Shown here in pieces: positions 31,425 through 41,836 of a stretch of DNA of 64,000 bases. The stretch's first letter is position 1. Each line of letters begins with the position of its first letter. The stretch is taken from positions 448,001 to 512,000 of the forward strand of contig CBDCVK010000010.1 in assembly GCA_965223005.1 (NCBI GenBank). Direction: 5' to 3'. The notes beneath the pieces were generated by a model. The model ran no database searches, was not told where the DNA came from, and saw nothing but the letters and a program-made list of their open reading frames with translations. The position numbers and the translations under genes are program-made. The DNA comes from Terriglobia bacterium (GTDB taxonomy: Bacteria > Acidobacteriota > Terriglobia > JAJPHL01 > JAPKYU01).

Positions 31425-32405
31425 TTAACCCCCGATAAACACCATGGTCCGTTCCGGTTTCGCAAAATCCGGATCGTTGATGTGATGCCGCTCTTCCTTG
31501 AGCCGGGTCAGGCAGCAGATGAAGTCGGCGATCTCCCCATCGGAGGCGCCGCAGTGCAAGAGGGGCTTCACATCGTGGTCCCAGAGGGAGAACAGGCAGG
31601 TGCGGATCTTTCCATCCGCGGTCAGCCGAATGCGGCTGCACATGCTGCAGAACGGCATGGAAACCGGGGCCACCAGGCCGATTTCGCCGGGGCCGTCGGC
31701 GAAGCGGTACCTCAGAGCCGTCGAGCTGGGAGTGTCACGCCCGATGGGCACCAGCGGGTAGACCGCACGAATCTTTTCGATGACTTCACGGGCCGTCACC
31801 ACCAGTTCCCGCTTCCAGTTGCGGTCGGCACCCAGAGGCATGAACTCAATGAAACGGACGATGAGGCTCCACTCGCGGGCAAACGCCGCGAAATCCACTA
31901 CCTCATCGTCATTCAACCCACGGACCAGGACCACGTTGACCTTCACCGGTTCCAAGCCCGCGGCCTGAGCCGCCGCGATGCCCTTCAGCACGCGATCGTA
32001 GCCATCGGTGCGAGTGATCCTGGCGAACTTGTCTCGATGCACCGAGTCCATGCTGATGTTGATCCGCGTCAGTCCGGCGTCGGTCAGCGCCTGGATCTTC
32101 TCCGCCAAAAGCCAGCCGTTGGTGGTCAGGGCCCGGTCCTCCAACCCCGGGATGGAAGAGAGCTGGGTAATGAATCGCTCCACGCCATGACGCAGCAGCG
32201 GCTCCCCGCCTGTCACCCGGACCTTCCTGATCCCCAGCCTTACAAAAATCCGGCTCAGGCGGTAGAAATCGTCCAGAGAGACTGTATCGGTGCCGGAGTA
32301 GACCATCGGGTCGGCGCTCTTGCAGTAGAAGCACCGGAAGTTGCAGCGGTCCGTGATGGAGATGCGCAGGTCTTGAATCTGCCGACCGTAGCTGTCCTGG
32401 AGCAT
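31425..32405 (-). CDS. moaA: GTP 3',8-cyclase MoaA
   Basis: DLRISITDRCNFRCFYC radical-SAM motif, TGGEPLLR, FCSMCSRIRLTADG, C-terminal GG. Confidence 0.96.
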   Translation of the reverse strand: MLQDSYGRQIQDLRISITDRCNFRCFYCKSADPMVYSGTDTVSLDDFYRLSRIFVRLGIRKVRVTGGEPLLRHGVERFITQLSSIPGLEDRALTTNGWLLAEKIQALTDAGLTRINISMDSVHRDKFARITRTDGYDRVLKGIAAAQAAGLEPVKVNVVLVRGLNDDEVVDFAAFAREWSLIVRFIEFMPLGADRNWKRELVVTAREVIEKIRAVYPLVPIGRDTPSSTALRYRFADGPGEIGLVAPVSMPFCSMCSRIRLTADGKIRTCLFSLWDHDVKPLLHCGASDGEIADFICCLTRLKEERHHINDPDFAKPERTMVFIGG

Positions 32406-32464
32406 AAGACAACAAAGCCCGTACCCATGTTTGGCAGGTACGGGCTCGAACTTCGAGACCGCGG

Positions 32465-32566
32465 GCTCTCCTTTCCAAACACGGGAGGCGCAGCCGTTTC
32501 CCGCTACACCCTATCGGCTCCAGGCCATAGTCCCGGGGGACGTTAGGCTCTGCGAGCTCGGAGAAA
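32465..32566 (-). ncRNA. Moco-class riboswitch (P3-lacking, Tuco-type candidate)
   Basis: Minus strand reads CTCCGAGC..CCTAAC..TATGG..GAGCCGATAGGGTG..GAAAC..GCCTCCCGTGTTTGGAAAGGAG, directly upstream of moaA. Confidence 0.88.
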
Positions 32567-32567
32567 C

Positions 32568-32733
32568 CGAAATTGGCGATCGTATCAGTGGCTATTGTAT
32601 CAGGTTACTGGGAATACCGTCTCAGGCAACTCCAATCACCTGCACCGACATGCCCCGCTCCCTGGGACCATCCAGTCGACCAGTATGACGTCCCTAACAC
32701 CAACTCCGTTGGACCTCGCCGGTCATTCGAAAC
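32568..32733 (-). ncRNA. Candidate rod-shaped structured RNA (6S-like) upstream of the Moco motif
   Basis: Closing stem CGGAGUUGGUG/CGCCAAUUUCG (32708-32698 with 32578-32568), apical hairpin CAGGUGAU-UGGA-GUUGCCUG, poorly paired centre; follows TGGTATAAT. Confidence 0.35.
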
Positions 32734-32739
32734 CGGCGC

Positions 32740-32748
32740 ATTATACCA
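32740..32748 (-). promoter_or_regulatory. Extended -10 promoter TGGTATAAT
   Basis: Perfect TGnTATAAT on the minus strand, facing moaA. Confidence 0.65.
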
Positions 32749-32855
32749 CCGGCAGAAAGGAGAGGAAAGAAGGCCAGTCGAACGTCAGGAACTGCAGTTT
32801 TTCTGATAGGATAGACTGTGAATCGGAGCATTCCATTTCCCAGGTAGGAGCTGAT

Positions 32856-33044
32856 ATGGCAAGGGTTTGCGAGGTTTGCGGGAAAGGCCCGCAATTTGGG
32901 CATCGGATCAGTCACGCCCATAACCTGACCAAGCGTCGCTGGAATGTGAACCTGCAGACGGTGCGCGTGGTGGTCAACGGCGGCCGGCGGCGGTTGCGTG
33001 TCTGTACTCGTTGCCTGCGTTCCGGCAAAGTCCGCAAAGCCTAA
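32856..33044 (+). CDS. rpmB: 50S ribosomal protein L28 (zinc-binding C+ form)
   Basis: MARVCEVCGKGPQFGHRISHAHNLTKRRWNVNLQ...VCTRCLRSGKV; AGGAG RBS. Confidence 0.97.
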   Translation: MARVCEVCGKGPQFGHRISHAHNLTKRRWNVNLQTVRVVVNGGRRRLRVCTRCLRSGKVRKA

Positions 33045-33101
33045 GTCACCTACGAAAGGTGAGTTCAGATTATCCCGTGGTGCGCCTTCCCCCCTGAGTC
33101 T

Positions 33102-33776
33102 TCAGCGATATTTAGCCAACGCCGCAAGAAGCGGGCGTGCTTCGGTGGGGGTGGGCGCTTTCCCGTTCAGGATATTGAGGGCTGGGATCTCCCGCCCGTA
33201 GAGTTGGCGGTTGCCCTTCTCGTCGGGCTTGACCACGGCGCCTTTCAGGGTCACGCCTGCAAATAAGCCTCTCGCCCGTGAGTAGGTCAGGATTTCGGAG
33301 CGCATAGCGGCGTTCGTCTCCGCCGAAGTGGCGCGCCCAACCGGCCCGGCGGCCACCGAAGCGTCCACGCCCAAGGTGAACTTGTCGCTGGTCAAGAACT
33401 TCATGCCTTTCTTGTTCATCACCAGCATGATCAAGTCAATGGCCTGCCCGCCGATCTGTAAGCCGAAACTGCCACCCCGCACGCTCAGCATGGATGGCGG
33501 CCCCCAATGCCGAGACGCCTTCCTGCAGGTCACCAGCCCGCCTCCGAAGTGTCCCCCGAAGCCGAAGCCACCCTTCTTCATCGAAGGAACAATGGCAATG
33601 CAGTGCGCCCGCACCAGCAGCTGCTTCGGGATAGTGTTCTCGGGAATGTCCATTACCTCAGAAAAGACTTCTGTGGCATTCTGCACTCGCTTCACTTGTT
33701 TCTTCCGGTCAGCGAGCACCGTGGGAACCAGCAGGCTCAGAGTCAACAGGCTCACCATCACGCCGTGGATTCGCAT
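33102..33776 (-). CDS. Lipid-binding SYLF/Ysc84-domain protein
   Basis: KGGFGFGG..GGG, GGSFGLQIGGQ, AAGPVGR, YSRARGLFAG; signal peptide. Confidence 0.9.
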   Translation of the reverse strand: MRIHGVMVSLLTLSLLVPTVLADRKKQVKRVQNATEVFSEVMDIPENTIPKQLLVRAHCIAIVPSMKKGGFGFGGHFGGGLVTCRKASRHWGPPSMLSVRGGSFGLQIGGQAIDLIMLVMNKKGMKFLTSDKFTLGVDASVAAGPVGRATSAETNAAMRSEILTYSRARGLFAGVTLKGAVVKPDEKGNRQLYGREIPALNILNGKAPTPTEARPLLAALAKYR

Positions 33777-33895
33777 GTAACACCCCCTCGGTTCATTTTA
33801 CTCGATGCCTGGCGTGACGGGAACGGTTCCAGCAGAGACCAAAATGGTATCCGCCGTAACCGACGTGTATGGGTTCCTGCGGTGGATTTTCCGGT

Positions 33896-35269
33896 TCAGG
33901 CACCGATGGTGCGGTGAAAAGCAGCAGCGATCAATTCGGCGTAGCGACGCACCTGCGCTTCCTTCTCGCCCTCGATCATGATGCGGGCTAGCGACTCTGT
34001 ACCACTGTAGCGCACGATCACTCGTCCCGTCAGCCCGAAGTGTTCCTGAGCCGAGCGAATCGCCGCCCACACTTCTGGCAACTCCTCCAGCGGCACCTTT
34101 TCCCGCACGGGGACGTTCCGAATGACCTGGGGGAACGGTTTCAGTTCCGAGACCAGTGCATCCAGTGGCCGCCCAGTGGCCGTCACGATCTCCGCGACAC
34201 GCAACGCGCTCAGCAGGCCGTCCCCTGTCGTGTGGGCACTGCCGAAGATGACGTGCCCCGACTGCTCGCCGCCCAGGCTGGCGCCGCAACGTAACATTTC
34301 CTCGAGGACGTATTTGTCGCCCACCGGAGTGCGCCGTAGTCGGACCCCGGAGGCTCCCAAGGCCGCTTCCAGGCCCAGGTTGGACATGATGGTGGCCACG
34401 ACCACACGGTTCTTGAGCCAACCCTGGGCCAGCATGTGCCGGGCGGTCAGAAACAGCACCCCGTCACCATTCACCAGATTGCCGTTCGCGGTGACGAACA
34501 GCGCCCGGTCGGCATCCCCATCGAAGGCCACGCCCAGGTCAGCCCGCTCGGCGGGGACCCGCGCCCGGAGTGATTCGGGATGCAGCGATCCGCACTCCAG
34601 GTTGATATTGCGTCCGTTGGGAGAAGCGTGGATGGCGATGACCTCCGCGCCGAGTCGCCGAAACAACTCCGGAGCCACCGCTGAGGCAGCCCCGTTCGCG
34701 CAATCCAGAACCACCCGCAGGCCGGCGAAGGTTGCCTCACCGGACACCAGCGAGCAGAGAAAACCTCGGTAGCGACCCTGCAGCGAGGTGTCCCGTTTCA
34801 ACCGACCGCCGGGAGGAACTTGCCGCGATGATACCGAAGGGCTGGCCTGCTCAATAGCCAGCCGGAAGATCGTCTGCTCGACTGCTACCTCGCTTTCGTC
34901 AGGGAGTTTGTAGCCGGAACGGGAAAAGACTTTGATGCCGTTGTCGGAATAAGGATTGTGGGAAGCGGAAATCATCACCCCGGCCGAGAACCCCTTGATG
35001 CGTGACAGATAGGCCACCCCCGGAGTAGGGAGCACCCCCGCCGAAACCGACTCCGCACCTTCTTCGGCCAGACCTGTGGCCAGAGTCTCGGCGATCCAGG
35101 GACTGGATTCGCGCGTGTCCTCACCGAATACGAGGCGCGGAGCAGCCTCCGCTTGTCGCAGGAAGTCCCCCAGTGCTCGTCCGATGAGGAAAACCGTGTG
35201 CTCGTCCAGCGGGTATTCCCCGGCAGCTGCTCGAATCCCATCCGTTCCGAACAGTCGCGTCGGTTTCAT
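33896..35269 (-). CDS. glmM: Phosphoglucosamine mutase
   Basis: FGTDGIR, ISASHNP, DGDADR, GGEQSGH, RYSGTE. Confidence 0.95.
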   Translation of the reverse strand: MKPTRLFGTDGIRAAAGEYPLDEHTVFLIGRALGDFLRQAEAAPRLVFGEDTRESSPWIAETLATGLAEEGAESVSAGVLPTPGVAYLSRIKGFSAGVMISASHNPYSDNGIKVFSRSGYKLPDESEVAVEQTIFRLAIEQASPSVSSRQVPPGGRLKRDTSLQGRYRGFLCSLVSGEATFAGLRVVLDCANGAASAVAPELFRRLGAEVIAIHASPNGRNINLECGSLHPESLRARVPAERADLGVAFDGDADRALFVTANGNLVNGDGVLFLTARHMLAQGWLKNRVVVATIMSNLGLEAALGASGVRLRRTPVGDKYVLEEMLRCGASLGGEQSGHVIFGSAHTTGDGLLSALRVAEIVTATGRPLDALVSELKPFPQVIRNVPVREKVPLEELPEVWAAIRSAQEHFGLTGRVIVRYSGTESLARIMIEGEKEAQVRRYAELIAAAFHRTIGA

Positions 35270-35925
35270 TCGCGCTGTTCCAGTTGAACGGTGACCAGCA
35301 CTGCGTCACTGCCCTGGATGCGCACCAGCGGATGAGGTACAAACGCACTGGTCCAGAACCGGGTTCGTGCGATGACGCCTGTGACATCCAGAGGATCAGT
35401 CATGGCGGATTCCACCAGGGCCACGTGGCTCCGCGGTCCTACCACGCGCACCATTGGAGGAGACACCTGATAGCCGGTCAACTGGTAGCCTGGGGCGGCC
35501 TCGCCGGTGATGCGCGGGACAACGGGGATCTCACGCTCAGCGCGTGCCTCCAACTGCAGCCCCACCTGTTTGGGAGTGATTTGCAAGACCTGCACCCCGA
35601 AGGGGATCCGCACATTGGAAACAGACAGCTCGTAGCTGCGCTTGCCGGGACGCTTGAAGTCGGCCAAATCCAGCGAGACGGCCAGGTTCGCAGGGGAAAG
35701 CTTGCGTATCGCGCTGGCCGGTCCCCGCACTCGCACCTGCACCGAGTTGGGCGCTTCGCTGCTCAACTCAAGATTTTCCGGCACGTTCTGCAATTCCAGC
35801 GGCGCCCGGAAGGTCACTTCCGCCTGCGGCTCATTGGCGATCGCTGACCACAGCAGTAGGGCCAGGGCAAGTGAGCCCAGCTTCAGAGCGAGGTTGTCGA
35901 GCACGTAGTTCCGCAAGAAGTTCAT
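35266..35925 (-). CDS. cdaR: YbbR/CdaR-like regulator of diadenylate cyclase
   Basis: N-terminal NLALKLGSLALALLLW anchor, two YbbR-like domains; lies between cdaA and glmM. Confidence 0.85.
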   Translation of the reverse strand: MNFLRNYVLDNLALKLGSLALALLLWSAIANEPQAEVTFRAPLELQNVPENLELSSEAPNSVQVRVRGPASAIRKLSPANLAVSLDLADFKRPGKRSYELSVSNVRIPFGVQVLQITPKQVGLQLEARAEREIPVVPRITGEAAPGYQLTGYQVSPPMVRVVGPRSHVALVESAMTDPLDVTGVIARTRFWTSAFVPHPLVRIQGSDAVLVTVQLEQRE

Positions 35926-36899
35926 GGTTTCGCTGCTGGGCTGCGCGCCTGCGAATTCCGCTCGGGAAGCGCTTCCGGGTGGTCGTCGGCAATCCCCGGT
36001 GCTCCTTCGCCGCCGGGAGCCGGCGGCTCCTGCTCCGCCAGGCTGGTCGTGGGCAACACGGAGGGAGAAATGGGCGTGCCCATCAACTCGCCCAGACGCA
36101 CCCGCAGCCGTTCCAAGCTGACGTTCTGCTCGATGGTCCCGCCCGCAGCCAGCGAGACCTCCCCAGTCTGTTCGGAAACCACCACGGCCACGGCATCGCT
36201 TTCCTCAGTGATGCCAATGGCTGCCCGGTGCCGGCTGCCCACCTGCGTGCTCAGCAACGGGTTCACGCTTAGAGGAAGGAAGCAGGCGGCGGCCGCCACC
36301 TTGTCTTTCTGAATAATGATCCCGCCGTCGTGCAGCGGCGTTTCAGGACGGAAAATCGTCACCAACAGGTCATAGGAAAGCTGGGCATCGAGGCCAATAC
36401 CGCTGTCCACATAGGTGCGCAGGCCAACATCCCGTTCCAGCACGATGAGCGCCCCCGTTTTCTGCGAGGAAAACAGGCTGACCGCCAGCAAGATGTCGTC
36501 GTAGGAGAAATCACGGGACAAGCGAGCAAAGCGGGAGAGGAAGGGGTTCCGTCCCAGCCGCGCTAGGCCGCGCCGAATCTCCGCCTGGAAGATCACGATG
36601 AGGGCGAACACGAGAATGGGGGACATCTTGGTGAGAAGCCAATGAAGCGTCTGCAATTTCCACTGGACTGCCGCGTAGTAGAGCAGGACGATCAGCGCGA
36701 TCCCGAACAACATCTGGCTGGCGCGAGTCCCCCGCACCAGCAGCAGCAACTGGTAGATCAGGAAGGCGACAATCAGGATGTCTAAAATAGAGGTCAGGGA
36801 AATCTCCCTCCAAAAGCCCTGCGGCCCTCCTGTCACACCGTCGCTCGACGGGACCGATGCTCTGATGGTCACAAACGCCATCCCCAGATTCACGATCAA
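35922..36899 (-). CDS. cdaA: Diadenylate cyclase CdaA
   Basis: Three TM helices, IFQAEIRRGL, PLHDGG, GSRHRAA, VVSEQTG. Confidence 0.93.
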   Translation of the reverse strand: MIVNLGMAFVTIRASVPSSDGVTGGPQGFWREISLTSILDILIVAFLIYQLLLLVRGTRASQMLFGIALIVLLYYAAVQWKLQTLHWLLTKMSPILVFALIVIFQAEIRRGLARLGRNPFLSRFARLSRDFSYDDILLAVSLFSSQKTGALIVLERDVGLRTYVDSGIGLDAQLSYDLLVTIFRPETPLHDGGIIIQKDKVAAAACFLPLSVNPLLSTQVGSRHRAAIGITEESDAVAVVVSEQTGEVSLAAGGTIEQNVSLERLRVRLGELMGTPISPSVLPTTSLAEQEPPAPGGEGAPGIADDHPEALPERNSQARSPAAKP

Positions 36900-36956
36900 G
36901 GCGCTTCTCCTGCGGGCATTCTAGCATCGGAGGGGAAGGCGGTGTAGCGGCCGGCT

Positions 36957-37826
36957 TCAGCCAGGTAGTGGCGATCCCGAGGCAGTACCATGAATCCGGT
37001 CGGTGACGCGGACCACTTGGACAATCTCGGTGGTGTCATGCACACGCACAATGTGCGCTCCGGCCGCAATGGCCGCTGTGACCGTCGCGGCCGTGCCCCA
37101 GACCCGCTGGGAGGCGGGAAGTCCGAGCGTACCGCCTATGAAGGACTTTCGGGAAGTTCCCGCCAGCAAAGGGCACCCCAGCTGGTGCAATTCGCCGAAG
37201 CGGGCCAGCAACGTGTAATTCTCATCGCCATTCTTGCCGAAGCCGAACCCGGGGTCCAAGATGAGAGCTTCGCGCGGCAGCCCGGCGGCCCAGGCCTGAT
37301 CGCGTAGCTGACGGAGGCCGGCCAGCACCTCCCCCACAACGTCCTCCAGGGGAGGCAGCAGGTGCATGGTGTCCGGCGTGCCGCGCAGGTGCATTGCCAC
37401 CAGCGGGACGCCGGCCCGGCCGGCGACACGGGCCATCTCGGCGACTGGGCACAACGCTGGGAAATTGATCAGTTCCGCGCCAGCCGCCAGGGCCTGTTCG
37501 GCCACCACTGGTTTGTATGTATCCACGGAAATGGGGAGGGAAACTCGACCGCGCAAACCTTCTAGAACCGGAAGCAAGCGGTCCAGTTCGGCGGCCTCGG
37601 AAACGCGCGCCGAACCCGGCCGGGTCGATTCCGCGCCCACGTCAAGCAGATCGGCACCCTGTCGCTCAATCTCCCTCGCCCGCGCGACCGCCTCCTCTGG
37701 CTGCAGGTAAAGCCCGCCATCGGAGAACGAATCCGGAGTCACATTGAGAATGCCCATCACCAGGGTGCGCTCGCCCAGAACTAGCTCCCGGCGGGGCAAG
37801 CGAAGGCGATAGCGCGGCCGCGACAC
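36957..37826 (-). CDS. folP: Dihydropteroate synthase
   Basis: GILNVTPDSFSDGG, GAESTRPG, DPGFGFGK, GTSRKSF, VRVHD. Confidence 0.96.
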   Translation of the reverse strand: MSRPRYRLRLPRRELVLGERTLVMGILNVTPDSFSDGGLYLQPEEAVARAREIERQGADLLDVGAESTRPGSARVSEAAELDRLLPVLEGLRGRVSLPISVDTYKPVVAEQALAAGAELINFPALCPVAEMARVAGRAGVPLVAMHLRGTPDTMHLLPPLEDVVGEVLAGLRQLRDQAWAAGLPREALILDPGFGFGKNGDENYTLLARFGELHQLGCPLLAGTSRKSFIGGTLGLPASQRVWGTAATVTAAIAAGAHIVRVHDTTEIVQVVRVTDRIHGTASGSPLPG

Positions 37827-38001
37827 GGCTCCAGTATAGCCCTGTTAGCTACAGCTTTGGCAGCCGGCCTTCTCCGGGGCCAAGTTCTGGAAAGAATGAA
37901 GCGCATCGCCCTTACCAACGCTCAAGCACCTCGATCCAGCGGTCGGAAAGGCCCAACTTTCGGCTCTCCATAAATCCCTTTGGGCAACCCGAGAGTGGGC
38001 T

Positions 38002-38029
38002 TTGACTTGCCTGTCCGGCAGGATATACT
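38002..38029 (+). promoter_or_regulatory. Sigma70-type promoter for the ACIII-oxidase operon
   Basis: TTGACT-16 bp-TATACT about 105 bp before actA; the spacer holds the inverted repeat CCTG-TCCGG-CAGG. Confidence 0.6.
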
Positions 38030-38135
38030 GCATCGGCTGTGTAGGCCCCCTTTGGGGGGTGCGGGCCTCGAAATCTGGGACTAGCGTACCTTGCTGGAAT
38101 TCTGTGGGCTGAGAAGTCGCGCCTAAAGCGCCGCC

Positions 38136-38786
38136 ATGGCTCAGATATTCCACCCAGGCACGAACACGCTCTCGAAGGCAAGCATCTTTGGCGCCGTATT
38201 TATTCTCGGCGGGCTCATCTGGGTATCCACCGTTTTCGAGCGGTCCTCCTATGTGACGCAAGCCGGAGTTGCCCGCGAGCAGCCGGTGCCGTTCAGCCAT
38301 AAACACCATGTGGGCGGCATGGGGATCGACTGCCGCTATTGCCACACCTCGGTAGAGACATCGGCGTTTGCCGGTATCCCCGCCACCGAAATCTGCATGA
38401 CTTGTCATTCCCAGATTTGGGCCGATAGCCCCATGCTGGAGCCGGTACGGGCCAGCTTTCGGAGCGGCAAGCCGTTGGAGTGGAGCCGAGTCCATGACTT
38501 GCCGGATTTCGCCTATTTCGACCACAGCATTCACATCAAGAAAGGGGTCGGCTGCGCCACCTGCCACGGGCGAGTGGATCAGATGCCGTTGATGTGGCGG
38601 GAGAAGACACTGCACATGGAGTGGTGCCTGGAATGCCATCGGGCACCGGAACAGTTCGTTCGGCCACGCCAGTACGTCTTTCGCATGGATTGGGAACCGC
38701 CTGCGGACCAGTTGAGTTTGGGACGGAGGCTCGTCGAGGAATACAGGATCCAAAGCTTGACAAATTGTTCGGTTTGCCACCGATGA
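38136..38786 (+). CDS. actA: Alternative complex III pentaheme cytochrome c ActA
   Basis: TM anchor, QPVPFSH, five CxxCH motifs (CRYCH, CMTCH, CATCH, CLECH, CSVCH). Confidence 0.93.
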   Translation: MAQIFHPGTNTLSKASIFGAVFILGGLIWVSTVFERSSYVTQAGVAREQPVPFSHKHHVGGMGIDCRYCHTSVETSAFAGIPATEICMTCHSQIWADSPMLEPVRASFRSGKPLEWSRVHDLPDFAYFDHSIHIKKGVGCATCHGRVDQMPLMWREKTLHMEWCLECHRAPEQFVRPRQYVFRMDWEPPADQLSLGRRLVEEYRIQSLTNCSVCHR

Positions 38787-41700
38787 CGCCACCGATGACG
38801 GAAGACCTCTCCAGAAAAGGTTCTCTCAACCTGTCCTCGCTCCGCGCACGTTTGGCGAACAGCCAGGGCCGCGAGTACTGGCGGAGTTTGGAAGAACTGG
38901 CGGAAACCGAAGAGTTCCGAGATTTCTTGCACAATGAGTTTCCGCAGCAGTTCGCGGCGTGGAGAGGTACCGTCAACCGGCGGGAGCTTTTGAAATTGAT
39001 GGGCGCTTCCCTGGCGCTGGCCGGCCTCTCCGGTTGCACGCAACAGCCCACCGAAAAGATCGTTCCCTACGTCCGGGCACCGGAGCAGATCGTGCCTGGC
39101 AAACCGTTATTCTTTGCCACCGCCATGCCGCTGGACGGATTCGCCACCGGGGTGTTGGTGGAAAGCCACATGGGGCGTCCCACAAAGATCGAGGGGAATC
39201 CCCAACACCCGGCTAGCCTGGGGGCCACAGACATCTTCGCCCAGGCTTCGGTGCTCACGCTCTACGATCCAGACCGCTCTCAGGTAGTGACCCGCCTGGG
39301 GCAAATCAGCAGTTGGGTCGCTTTTGGTTCTGCCTTGCGCACCGAGATGGAAGCCCAGCGTCTGGACAAAGGCGCGCGATTGCGTATCTTAACCGGGACC
39401 GTCACCTCTCCCACCCTGGCCCACCAGCTGCGTACACTACTTAGCGAATTTCCCTCCGCGAAATGGATCCAGAACGAGCCGGTCGGGCGCGATGCAGTCC
39501 GGTCTGGGGCACAACTGGCGTTTGGCGAATACGTCAACACCCTGTACGACTTTGAGAAAGCGGACGTCATCCTGTCTCTCGATGCGGATTTCCTGGGCGG
39601 GGGTCCAGGCCACCTGAGATATGCGCGGCAGTTCACCGCTCGGCGGCAGGTTCAGGCGGGGGCAACGGAAATGAACCGCCTGTACGTCGTCGAGAGCACG
39701 CTCTCCAATACTGGCGGGATGGCCGACCATCGGTTGCCCATGCGCGCCAGCGAGATCGAACGCTTTGCCCGCGCTGTGGCAAACAAGCTGGGAGTGGCGA
39801 GCGAGGTATCCGGCGCGGAGGCCGACCATCCGGGCCACGCCCAGTGGATGAAGGCACTGGTTGCCGACCTTCAGAAACACCGGGGCTCTAGCATTGTTCT
39901 GGCGGGCGAGCACCAGCCTCCCACCATGCACGCGCTGGCGCACGCCTTGAACCACGCTCTGGGCAATGTTGGCAAGACCGTCATCTATACCGAACCCGTG
40001 GAGGCTGATCCCGGGAATCAACTCGCGTCGCTGCGGGACCTGGTGGAGGATATGAAAGCGGGCCGGGTGGACCTGCTGGTCGTCGTCGACAGTAACCCGG
40101 TGTTCACGGCGCCTGTCGATCTGAGCTTTTTTGAGCATTTCTTGAAGGTCAGGCTTCGGGTTCATCTGGGCCTCTATCCGGATGAAACGGCCGTGCTGTG
40201 CCACTGGCACGTCCCCCAGGCGCATTACCTGGAGTCTTGGAGCGACGCCCGGGCCTTCGATGGGACCACCACAATTCTCCAGCCTCTGATAGCGCCGCTG
40301 TATGACGGAAAATCAGCTCACCGGTTGCTCTCAGCCCTTTTGGGAAGGCCCGAACGGCCGAGCCATGACATCGTGCGAGAGTACTGGGAAAAGCAGAACC
40401 TTTCTGGCAATTTCGAGAACTCTTGGCAGACGGCGCTGCACGACGGATTGCTTGCTGGCACAGCGCTTCCCCCCAAGCAGGTCTCATTGAAACGAGATTT
40501 CCTCGGACAGGGTGCCGGAGAAGTCCCTGCGGTCGCGGGATCGGGAACTCCGGGCCTGGAAATCGTATTTCGACCCGACCCGACCATCTGGGACGGCCGC
40601 TTCGCCAACAACGGGTGGTTGCAGGAATTGCCGAAGCCGCTGACCAAGTTGACCTGGGATAATGCAGCCCTGCTCAGCCCGGCCACGGCCGAGCGGCTCG
40701 GCCTAGCCGACCAGGATCTGGTCGAACTCCGCTATCGGGATCGTATGGTACCGGCTCCGGTGTGGATCCAGCCGGGACATGCCGACGATTCGGTGACGGT
40801 GCACTTGGGCTACGGGCGTACCCACGCTGGGCAGGTCGGCGCGGGGGTCGGGTTCAATGCCTACGCACTCCGCAGTTCGGACCGTCCTTGGTTCGATTCC
40901 GGCCTGGCGATTCGCAAGACGGGCGGCCAGTATCCGCTTTCCTCCACACAGCTCCATCACAACATGGAGGACCGACATCTGGTCCGGGTTGGGACGCTGG
41001 AGGAATTTCAGCACAACCCAAATTTCGCGCATGAGGTGGAGCACGAGACGTCGCCGCATCTTTCTTTGTACCCAGAGCACAAATATGAGGGCTACGCCTG
41101 GGGCATGGCCGTTGATCTGAATCGCTGTATCGGGTGCAATGCGTGCGTCGCCGCCTGTCAGGCCGAGAACAATATCCCGGTGGTGGGCAAAGTGGAAATC
41201 GCGCGCGGCCGCGAGATGCACTGGTTGCGAATTGACCGCTATTACCGAGGCTCTCTGGACCATCCGGAGGTGTACCACCAGCCGGTGATGTGCATGCACT
41301 GCGAAAACGCGCCCTGCGAGGTGGTTTGCCCGGTGGCCGCCACCGTTCACAGCCAGGAAGGGCTCAACGAGATGGTTTACAACCGTTGTGTCGGCACCCG
41401 CTACTGCTCCAATAATTGTCCCTACAAGGTCCGGCGCTTCAATTTCTTTGCATATTCGGATTACGAGACCCCCGTCCTGAAATTGCTGCGAAATCCGGAC
41501 GTGACGGTACGAACCCGGGGAGTCATGGAGAAGTGCACCTATTGTGTGCAGCGAATTAATGTAGCCCGCATCGAGGCAAAAAAAGAGGACCGCGAAATCC
41601 GGGACGGGGAAATCGTGACCGCCTGCCAGGCAGCCTGTCCCGCGCAGGCCATTACTTTTGGCAATATCAATGACCCTAACAGCCAGGTATCCCAGCTTAA

Positions 41701-41836
41701 GGCAGACCCCCGAAATTACGGTCTGCTCGAAGATTTAAACACCCGGCCGCGCACAACCTATCTGGCCCGACTGAGAAACCCTAATCCCGAGCTCGAAGGA
41801 AAAGGATGGAGCCCGAACAACCAGCACGGACGCTAG
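38783..41836 (+). CDS. actB: ACIII subunit ActB (molybdopterin-fold plus Fe-S domain)
   Basis: YWRSLEEL, Tat-like [42 protein letters not shown]. Confidence 0.93.
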   Translation: MTPPMTEDLSRKGSLNLSSLRARLANSQGREYWRSLEELAETEEFRDFLHNEFPQQFAAWRGTVNRRELLKLMGASLALAGLSGCTQQPTEKIVPYVRAPEQIVPGKPLFFATAMPLDGFATGVLVESHMGRPTKIEGNPQHPASLGATDIFAQASVLTLYDPDRSQVVTRLGQISSWVAFGSALRTEMEAQRLDKGARLRILTGTVTSPTLAHQLRTLLSEFPSAKWIQNEPVGRDAVRSGAQLAFGEYVNTLYDFEKADVILSLDADFLGGGPGHLRYARQFTARRQVQAGATEMNRLYVVESTLSNTGGMADHRLPMRASEIERFARAVANKLGVASEVSGAEADHPGHAQWMKALVADLQKHRGSSIVLAGEHQPPTMHALAHALNHALGNVGKTVIYTEPVEADPGNQLASLRDLVEDMKAGRVDLLVVVDSNPVFTAPVDLSFFEHFLKVRLRVHLGLYPDETAVLCHWHVPQAHYLESWSDARAFDGTTTILQPLIAPLYDGKSAHRLLSALLGRPERPSHDIVREYWEKQNLSGNFENSWQTALHDGLLAGTALPPKQVSLKRDFLGQGAGEVPAVAGSGTPGLEIVFRPDPTIWDGRFANNGWLQELPKPLTKLTWDNAALLSPATAERLGLADQDLVELRYRDRMVPAPVWIQPGHADDSVTVHLGYGRTHAGQVGAGVGFNAYALRSSDRPWFDSGLAIRKTGGQYPLSSTQLHHNMEDRHLVRVGTLEEFQHNPNFAHEVEHETSPHLSLYPEHKYEGYAWGMAVDLNRCIGCNACVAACQAENNIPVVGKVEIARGREMHWLRIDRYYRGSLDHPEVYHQPVMCMHCENAPCEVVCPVAATVHSQEGLNEMVYNRCVGTRYCSNNCPYKVRRFNFFAYSDYETPVLKLLRNPDVTVRTRGVMEKCTYCVQRINVARIEAKKEDREIRDGEIVTACQAACPAQAITFGNINDPNSQVSQLKADPRNYGLLEDLNTRPRTTYLARLRNPNPELEGKGWSPNNQHGR

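Noticed and set aside
32585-32630. TPP-riboswitch-like words (CTGAGA..CCC..AACCTGAT) on the minus strand upstream of moaA/thiC
   Set aside because: The P5 stem-loop and GCGnAGG half of the aptamer are missing, and the segment fits the rod structure or internal promoter better
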